Source: a virus. From it: a DNA stretch of 64,000 nt. Under the pieces are notes generated by a model. It made no database searches, had not been told where the DNA came from, and was given only the letters and a program-made list of their open reading frames with translations. Shown here in pieces: positions 58,395-64,000 of this stretch. The stretch lies in IMG/VR virus record IMGVR_UViG_3300045988_081376. One strand, written 5' to 3'. The stretch's first letter is position 1. Each line of letters begins with the position of its first letter. The position numbers and the translations under genes were made by a program.

Positions 58395-59780
58395 TTAGTT
58401 GCCCTGCGGGGTCGTCTCGATGCCCCACTTTTCAAGCAGACTTGCAACGCCCTCGCGCTGCTCTCCGCTGTTCAGTCGTTCGCCGATGAAGCGGGTCTTC
58501 TTTGCGTTTGCGCGCCGTTCGTCTGCTGCCATCACCGCAGCACCGCACACGGCAAGCACCGCGTCGCGCACCAGTTTCTCGCCGATCCAGTTGCCGTCCT
58601 TGTCGAGACTGTTGGCGTAAACGCCCGCCTCCACATCGGCAGAAACGGCGGCGAGCGCATCCTCGCCGATCTTGTCCTCGCGGTTGCGGTTGAAGGCGTT
58701 CAGCGTCTCGGTTAGGGCAGCCTTTGCGGCGTTCATGCGGCGCTTGTTCTCCGTCTCCTGCATGGCCGCGAGCTGGTTGGTTGCGCTTTCCAGCTGCGCG
58801 CGCAGTGCATTGATGTCAGTGTTCTTGTCGCGGATGGACGCGCAGGCGTGCTCGCAGATGTCGCACACATCCACGCTCTCTTCGTTCTCCGCGTCGAAGT
58901 GGAAGGCTGCCGTCAGGTAGCACGGCTTGATGCGGCTTGCCACGACTTCCCCGTTGTCTTCACTGTTGAAAACATAGGTGAAAGCCGCGCCGGTCTGGTC
59001 GATCAGTCCAACGCGCAGGCCGTCTTCGCTCAGCGCCACGATCTTGTAGCCCTCGAACTTCGGAGCGAGCTGTTCCGCTGCTTTCTTGTTCATGCTTCTT
59101 TTCACTCCTTTTTTAGGGTTTTGTTTGGTTTGCGGCTTTCCGTCGTTCAGCGATGCCGCCCGCAGTTTCAGCGTTTTGAATTCTTCCTGCATGGCCTTGA
59201 GCGCCGCAATGCGCGCGCTCTGGATCGCCGGGGAAACGTCATCCCCCAGAATCGTAACGCCGATGCCCGTCCACTCGGTAAATACCGCGTAGCCGTCTTC
59301 CTCATGCTCCTTTTCTACCAAGGTCTCCGACGACACGTCCATGCGCCCTGCCCGCACGATCTTGTCCACCAGTTCCTTGGCGTAGAAAGAGTAGAGCTTT
59401 CCCTTCGCCATGATCCATGTATGACCATCCCTTTCCACAAGGGTAAAGTCCTTCGGGTCGTCGGAAAGCGTTCCGACGATTCGCTCCGCCGTCCCATCGG
59501 TGAAGCTGTAGTATTTTTCTCCCGTGCTCTGGTCAATGCGCTCGGCCATATTGTGTCCGTCGCCGACCTTTGGCCCGATGTAAGCGCACAGGATGGGCTG
59601 CCCCACAAATGTCAGGTAATACCGCTCGAGATTGCGGTAGTCCCACTTGTTCCGGTTCCTTCCGTCGCGCATCAGCCACAGCTCAACGCCGAATTCATAC
59701 GGGCCGAGCTTTTGCATTACGCGCAGCTCTCCGGAATATTTCACTCGATCAGGCGGTCGTTCTCTTGTTCTGAATGGCAT
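58395..59780 (-). CDS. putative prohead protease/scaffold fusion
   Basis: Globular N-terminal half and coiled-coil C-terminal half (ALRAQLESATNQLAAMQETENKRR). Lies between portal and capsid. Confidence 0.45.
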   Translation of the reverse strand: MPFRTRERPPDRVKYSGELRVMQKLGPYEFGVELWLMRDGRNRNKWDYRNLERYYLTFVGQPILCAYIGPKVGDGHNMAERIDQSTGEKYYSFTDGTAERIVGTLSDDPKDFTLVERDGHTWIMAKGKLYSFYAKELVDKIVRAGRMDVSSETLVEKEHEEDGYAVFTEWTGIGVTILGDDVSPAIQSARIAALKAMQEEFKTLKLRAASLNDGKPQTKQNPKKGVKRSMNKKAAEQLAPKFEGYKIVALSEDGLRVGLIDQTGAAFTYVFNSEDNGEVVASRIKPCYLTAAFHFDAENEESVDVCDICEHACASIRDKNTDINALRAQLESATNQLAAMQETENKRRMNAAKAALTETLNAFNRNREDKIGEDALAAVSADVEAGVYANSLDKDGNWIGEKLVRDAVLAVCGAAVMAADERRANAKKTRFIGERLNSGEQREGVASLLEKWGIETTPQGN

Positions 59781-59783
59781 TTT

Positions 59784-60326
59784 TTATTCCCCCTCGTTCT
59801 CAAACAGCGTCCGTACCCAATTGTCATAGCTCGTGGCGCTGCCGTCAGTCGCGTCGAACATCTCCCATGCGTACAGGAACGTCTCGTAGCTCTCGCTGTT
59901 CTGCATTTGCAGGTTCTCGAATGCCCTGCCCAGCGGGTAAAGCCCCTGCTCGTCCGAAACGCGCACACATTCCTTGAGCGCCGTCTCAATGCGGTCAAGC
60001 ATTCGGATGATCTCTTCAAAAACGTCATCAAGATTTGCAGGCCGCGCCCGGTATTCCTCTGTTGCCGGATATTCCTGCATCAGATGCCGCTGGTGCAGAA
60101 TATCTCCGATCGTATCGAAGCGCTTCGGCTGTTCATGCGCCAGCGCGTGGATCGCGTTCGATAAGTTCATCAGGCCGAACTCGATCAGCACCCACTCCTT
60201 GAGCGTGTCCAGTCCGCGCGCCGCGTCCTGATAGGCTCTCGTTGCGTTCCGCGCCGCGTCGCGCAGCGGCGCATATCGCGCATCATCGTATGTAAAGATT
60301 TCTCTTGCCTTTGCCATCGTCTTCAT
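59784..60326 (-). CDS. hypothetical helical protein
   Basis: ORF track. Confidence 0.4.
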   Translation of the reverse strand: MKTMAKAREIFTYDDARYAPLRDAARNATRAYQDAARGLDTLKEWVLIEFGLMNLSNAIHALAHEQPKRFDTIGDILHQRHLMQEYPATEEYRARPANLDDVFEEIIRMLDRIETALKECVRVSDEQGLYPLGRAFENLQMQNSESYETFLYAWEMFDATDGSATSYDNWVRTLFENEGE

Positions 60327-60334
60327 CTCCTTTT

Positions 60335-62113
60335 TCAGCCGTTTGCGTCAATCCCTGCCTCGGCGCCCTCGCTTGTCTTCTTCCCCTCCGCGTCCGGCCT
60401 TCCGCCGGGGTTTGCGTCATGCGCTGCTTGCGGCGGCAGTCTGCTGTCCCCCTGCTTCGCCGAATACGTCGAAACGAGCGGGATTCGAAGATCCAGCACG
60501 CCGCTTTCGCTGATCGCGTGCGAGAGTGTCAGGTCGTCCACTACGCTCATATCATGCAATGCAAGGTAAATGACCGTCTGCGGCAGGATGCCGAGCGTCA
60601 TTCCTTCCTTGGCTGCTTTCAGCGTGTCTGCGTCTTCCGCAACATTGCCGAAGAGTGAAAACCTCCAGTTGTATTTCAGGTTCATGCCCTCGAAGATGCT
60701 TTGCATCATCCGTTCGTAGCAGCGGTAAATCTGCTCTGCGAATTTGCTTTCGATCTGTAGGCTGATATTTGCAACGCCCGCTCGTGGCTCGTCGCTCGTC
60801 GGGATCAGAGCCGAAAGTCCTGCCTTTGCCATCGTGTAGCCATAACCCGCAGAAGAAATTTTCGTTGCGCTCGGCGCTTCTGCAAGTTGGTGCATTTTGA
60901 TGTTCTGCACAGGTGCCGTGAACCATCCGATGCCGCTCGTGTTGCTGTCGGAAAGCATCTGATACCACAGGTATTCAAAGAGCCTCCGACCTGCATCAGA
61001 TAGCCGGTAATCGTCCTCGATGGCGGTCTGATCGTTTTTCTGCTTGTAGGGAATTTCTCCCGTGAAGAGTGAGATCAGCGGGTTTTGCACCAGCTCCAAC
61101 TGGATCTGTTCGTACTGCGCAATTTGCAGCAGCGATAAAAACAGTCCCGTCAATGGGGAGACCGCCGTCGTATTGGCGTCGTCAATCTCAAAGGTGAAAA
61201 TCTTGTCCACGGGCAGCGTCACCCAGTAGAACCACTTCCCGTTCTGGTAGTAGACTTCCGGTTCTCCCGCAAGCCCCTGCGGGTTATCCTGTACGATCTG
61301 CCGGAATCTTCCCATGTCTACAGTTGCCTTCTCCGCGTAGACATATTTTTTCCCAACGCCCTTTGGCGCTCTGTCCGTCACCATCGAGAAGGTGTCAAGA
61401 TACGGCTCAAAGAGGTCGCCAAACTGCTCCGGGAAGCACCCCGGGCGTAGGAAGTAGAAAAGGTTGAAGGCGACCGTGTACTTGCTCACGCTGTTGAATC
61501 CGACGATCTTCGTCCAGTCGGACGGTAGCTGCTGCATAAAGGCGTAGTCCACCTTGTTGTGCGGCTTGTCCACGCTGATGCGCGGATAGTAGAAGACCTT
61601 CCCCTCCTGCACTGCCTGACCGGCAAGCTTGTGCGCCGTGGTTTTCGGGTCCAGCTTGCGCCGCAGCTTTTCCAGCAGCTTCCATTCCCGCCAGAAGTCA
61701 TCGTTTTTCGCCGCGTCCTTTTCCGTGAACTCCGGCACGATGTAGCTGTGATATGTCAGCAGATCCTGATACATCTTGCGCGTGTGGAAAAGCGGATACG
61801 CGGTGTATTCCAGCGCGTGCTCCACCTGCCGCAGTCCCCGCTCGTTGGCAAGCGGGCTTGTCAGCATTTCCGCCACCTTGTTCTTTGAAAACTCATTCGG
61901 CAGCGAAGAGATCGCCTGCACGCGGCGGTTCTGGATGTAAGGGTCGTTTCGGTAATACTGCGCCCCCGTCGTGCGCGAAAACGCGCTCATCAGGCTGCTC
62001 ATCGGCATTCCGCCATATTGCTCCGAAAGCTTTTTGAAGCGTCCGAAAATGTCGGAATATGACGAATACTGCACGTCCTGCAATTCAGTTGTCAGATTCA
62101 GCTTTTCCTCCAT
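60335..62113 (-). CDS. portal protein
   Basis: 592 aa, second gene after the large terminase. Call is by size and position. Confidence 0.6.
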   Translation of the reverse strand: MEEKLNLTTELQDVQYSSYSDIFGRFKKLSEQYGGMPMSSLMSAFSRTTGAQYYRNDPYIQNRRVQAISSLPNEFSKNKVAEMLTSPLANERGLRQVEHALEYTAYPLFHTRKMYQDLLTYHSYIVPEFTEKDAAKNDDFWREWKLLEKLRRKLDPKTTAHKLAGQAVQEGKVFYYPRISVDKPHNKVDYAFMQQLPSDWTKIVGFNSVSKYTVAFNLFYFLRPGCFPEQFGDLFEPYLDTFSMVTDRAPKGVGKKYVYAEKATVDMGRFRQIVQDNPQGLAGEPEVYYQNGKWFYWVTLPVDKIFTFEIDDANTTAVSPLTGLFLSLLQIAQYEQIQLELVQNPLISLFTGEIPYKQKNDQTAIEDDYRLSDAGRRLFEYLWYQMLSDSNTSGIGWFTAPVQNIKMHQLAEAPSATKISSAGYGYTMAKAGLSALIPTSDEPRAGVANISLQIESKFAEQIYRCYERMMQSIFEGMNLKYNWRFSLFGNVAEDADTLKAAKEGMTLGILPQTVIYLALHDMSVVDDLTLSHAISESGVLDLRIPLVSTYSAKQGDSRLPPQAAHDANPGGRPDAEGKKTSEGAEAGIDANG

Positions 62114-62447
62114 TTTCCGTCCCCTCGTTCAGTTTTTCCTGTTCCTCCCGCAGCGCATCCTCCAGATTGTCGATCAGCTCGTTCATGCGCTCTTTCGACT
62201 TTTCCTGTGCTTTCGCCGCCGCTTCCGCCAGCAGTACAAGGATGGAATCTTTCAGCCACGCCCTGTCTCGCTCGGTAAGGTGTTCGGTATCCGCGCCCTT
62301 GATCTCTGCACACGGCATGTTTTTTGGCTTTGTCCGGCGATAGATCAGGATATATTCCGCCGTGATGCGGGAGAATCGCTCGTCCGCCGCCCGCCTTACG
62401 GTTTCCGCACTCACCGGCGCTGCAAACAGTCTGTAATTTACCGCCAT
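62085..62447 (-). CDS. hypothetical protein between terminase and portal
   Basis: ORF track. Confidence 0.4.
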   Translation of the reverse strand: MAVNYRLFAAPVSAETVRRAADERFSRITAEYILIYRRTKPKNMPCAEIKGADTEHLTERDRAWLKDSILVLLAEAAAKAQEKSKERMNELIDNLEDALREEQEKLNEGTENGGKAESDN

Positions 62448-62448
62448 G

Positions 62449-64000
62449 TCAGTAGATCCTTCCTCCGCGCCTTTCGGTCACGGTGCGCCCCATCGCCCTT
62501 CCGGCGATGCCTGCACCAACCGTTCCGCCGTTTTCAAATTTTTTCAGCTCTTCCGCCCAGTCGCTCTTCTTCCGGCTGTTGATCTCATTGAGCAGTTCCT
62601 CTCGCTCGATGATCTGCGCAAGCCGCAGCGCGTATTTAAGCGCCGACCAGCTGTCGCGCTGTATCGCCTTGGAAATGCGCTTTTCGCTCATTCCCGCGCC
62701 GCTTGGCACAAGCTTCAGGTTCTGGATCTGCCCACTCAGCTCGCGGCACTTCTGGTACGGCAGTGCGATCTGGTAGTCTCGGTCGTCGTCCTTGATGCGG
62801 TGCGCCCGTTTATATGCTTCCACGCCCTCGTTGGCGTTCAGCGTCAGCAGCTCTACATTGTGGTGCTCAAATTCCGTCTGTGCGTATTTCAGCATCTCAA
62901 AGTCCGGGTCGGTTACGCCCGTGCCGCCCGCTTTGATCGGGTAGATCACTGGGATAGCGTCCGGCAGCTCCGCCGAGACGTAGGCTGCGTGTCCTCGGAT
63001 GCACAGCGGCGGAAGCCCGTCTCCAAGGTCGGTCATCAGGTCTTCCAGCACGCCGCGCCCGTACTGCCATGAGTCAATGGCGATATAAGTCTGGCTGCCG
63101 TCATAGCAGAAACGGTGCCAGATCCCTTTCAGTCGCCGCGCCTGGGCTTTGCTCTGGTCGGGCGGCGGCCAGTCGTCAACATAAGCGAGCTGTTTCAGGA
63201 ATCGGTCGCGCTTGAGATATTCTTTCTGCCGCGTCAGTTTCAGCACCACGCAGGCGCATTTCGCGTTTTTCGAGCTGTCTTCGTAGGATACGTCGTAGCC
63301 GACGACGTAGATCACGTCCTCCGGGTCGAGCATCGGGCGCGCCGCCTTGCAGCAGTGCTCCGTTTCCATCAGGTTCAGCCGTTGACTGTCTGTCAACACT
63401 TCGTCCGACAGCACCGGGAATTCGTCCGCCCCCGTGTAGCGCGATTCCATCTCTCGCATCCACTTTTCTACCGTCAGCTCATCCTTGAGTCCCATCGCCC
63501 ACTCATAGGGGCGCATCTGCATCAATACGATGCTCTCCCATGAAATGTCCATGGCAAAGGCGCTTTCGCCTTCCGCCATTTTCTTCATCACCTTGCAGCG
63601 TGTCTGAAAAGCGTGGTTCTGCTTTCGTCCCGCGCTTGTGATGGCGTGCTTTTTATAGCCCACGAAATTGCGGTCCGGTTCTCCCTTGACGTTGTGCCAC
63701 AGTCGCACCGCAGGAAGAACAACGGTCGAGTACTCTCCATAATCGAACGCGGGCGCTTCCTCCTGCGCGTATTCTTCCGCCGTCACGTCATGCAGGTTGT
63801 CGCCGCGCATTGCCGAGATATAAAATGCGCTTCCGCAGTCAGTCTCGATCTTGAAGTCGTCCTTACTTTCCGCCGTCACGCGCCAATGTCTTGCCAACAT
63901 CGGATAGTCGTGCTCGATCTGCCGGAAGGTCTTGCTGCCGATGGCAGCAAGCTGTCGGTACGACGGACCATAATACGCGCTCTGCGTCCCCGGCCAAACA
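62449..64000 (-). CDS. terL: terminase large subunit (5' end beyond the right edge)
   Basis: The frame stays open from 63900 to the window edge (…YGPSYRQLAAIGSKTFRQIEHDYPMLARHW…). Acidic nuclease-domain motifs VVGYDVSYEDSS. First gene of the late operon. Confidence 0.85.
   Translation of the reverse strand, partial: VWPGTQSAYYGPSYRQLAAIGSKTFRQIEHDYPMLARHWRVTAESKDDFKIETDCGSAFYISAMRGDNLHDVTAEEYAQEEAPAFDYGEYSTVVLPAVRLWHNVKGEPDRNFVGYKKHAITSAGRKQNHAFQTRCKVMKKMAEGESAFAMDISWESIVLMQMRPYEWAMGLKDELTVEKWMREMESRYTGADEFPVLSDEVLTDSQRLNLMETEHCCKAARPMLDPEDVIYVVGYDVSYEDSSKNAKCACVVLKLTRQKEYLKRDRFLKQLAYVDDWPPPDQSKAQARRLKGIWHRFCYDGSQTYIAIDSWQYGRGVLEDLMTDLGDGLPPLCIRGHAAYVSAELPDAIPVIYPIKAGGTGVTDPDFEMLKYAQTEFEHHNVELLTLNANEGVEAYKRAHRIKDDDRDYQIALPYQKCRELSGQIQNLKLVPSGAGMSEKRISKAIQRDSWSALKYALRLAQIIEREELLNEINSRKKSDWAEELKKFENGGTVGAGIAGRAMGRTVTERRGGRIY

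Larger units (their letters stand above)
1..64000. mobile_element. Temperate tailed-phage genome segment (siphovirus-type late gene order); no host genes recognised
   Basis: Terminase/portal/capsid/tape-measure/lysis genes at 36.6-64 kb (minus). Recombination-replication operon at 0-10.2 kb (minus). cI/Cro-like switch, two tyrosine integrases, attP-like site. Confidence 0.85.

Noticed and set aside
1-64000. CRISPR arrays, diversity-generating retroelements, retrons, rRNA, toxin-antitoxin pairs
   Set aside because: I saw no regularly spaced direct repeats with unique spacers and no reverse-transcriptase-like ORF. I also saw no rRNA-like sequence and no convincing two-gene toxin-antitoxin signature on either strand.

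Overview
The whole 64-kb window is GC-rich temperate tailed-phage DNA with Clostridia-type gene families; I saw no host housekeeping genes. Layout: (i) 1-10.25 kb, minus strand: early operon with a Cro-like repressor, Bro-N antirepressor, membrane-anchored SLT, YqaJ exonuclease/RecT/DUF1351, SSB, replisome organizer, DnaC-like loader and DUF1064. Two HNH/AP2-like homing-endonuclease paralogs interrupt it. (ii) 10.25-13.3 kb: cI-like repressor, a membrane-anchored HTH protein, tyrosine integrase 1, and an attP-like site. The site holds the 3' part of a tRNA-Ser(GCU) flanked by five TGTAGCCCA arm repeats, so the DNA looks unintegrated or circularly assembled. (iii) 13.3-22.4 kb, minus: DNA-modification and nucleotide operon with two PAPS-reductase-like PP-loop proteins (one split at a G7 run), MazG, ASCH, a C5-MTase-like gene, two amino-MTases and many small Cys-rich proteins. 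(iv) 22.4-23.6 kb: ORF-free DNA with nested palindromes and a promoter-to-terminator sRNA candidate. (v) 23.6-36.5 kb: a second switch (RHH regulator plus six AATTGnnCAATT operators) drives a plus-strand accessory module. It contains a structured leader RNA, an HNH endonuclease, a five-member tRNA island (three members non-canonical), HU, a third HNH/AP2-like paralog, a NifS/IscS-type cysteine desulfurase, moron-like units, a second antirepressor and a second integrase. (vi) 36.6-64 kb, minus: lysis cassette, tail, head, portal and large terminase, which runs off the right edge. The loci most worth follow-up are the aberrant tRNA island with its adjacent cysteine desulfurase and structured RNAs, the possibly nested integrase-bearing module, the ORF-free palindrome region, and a 20-nt box shared by three promoters. 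All functional calls rest on motif recognition by eye; no searches were run.
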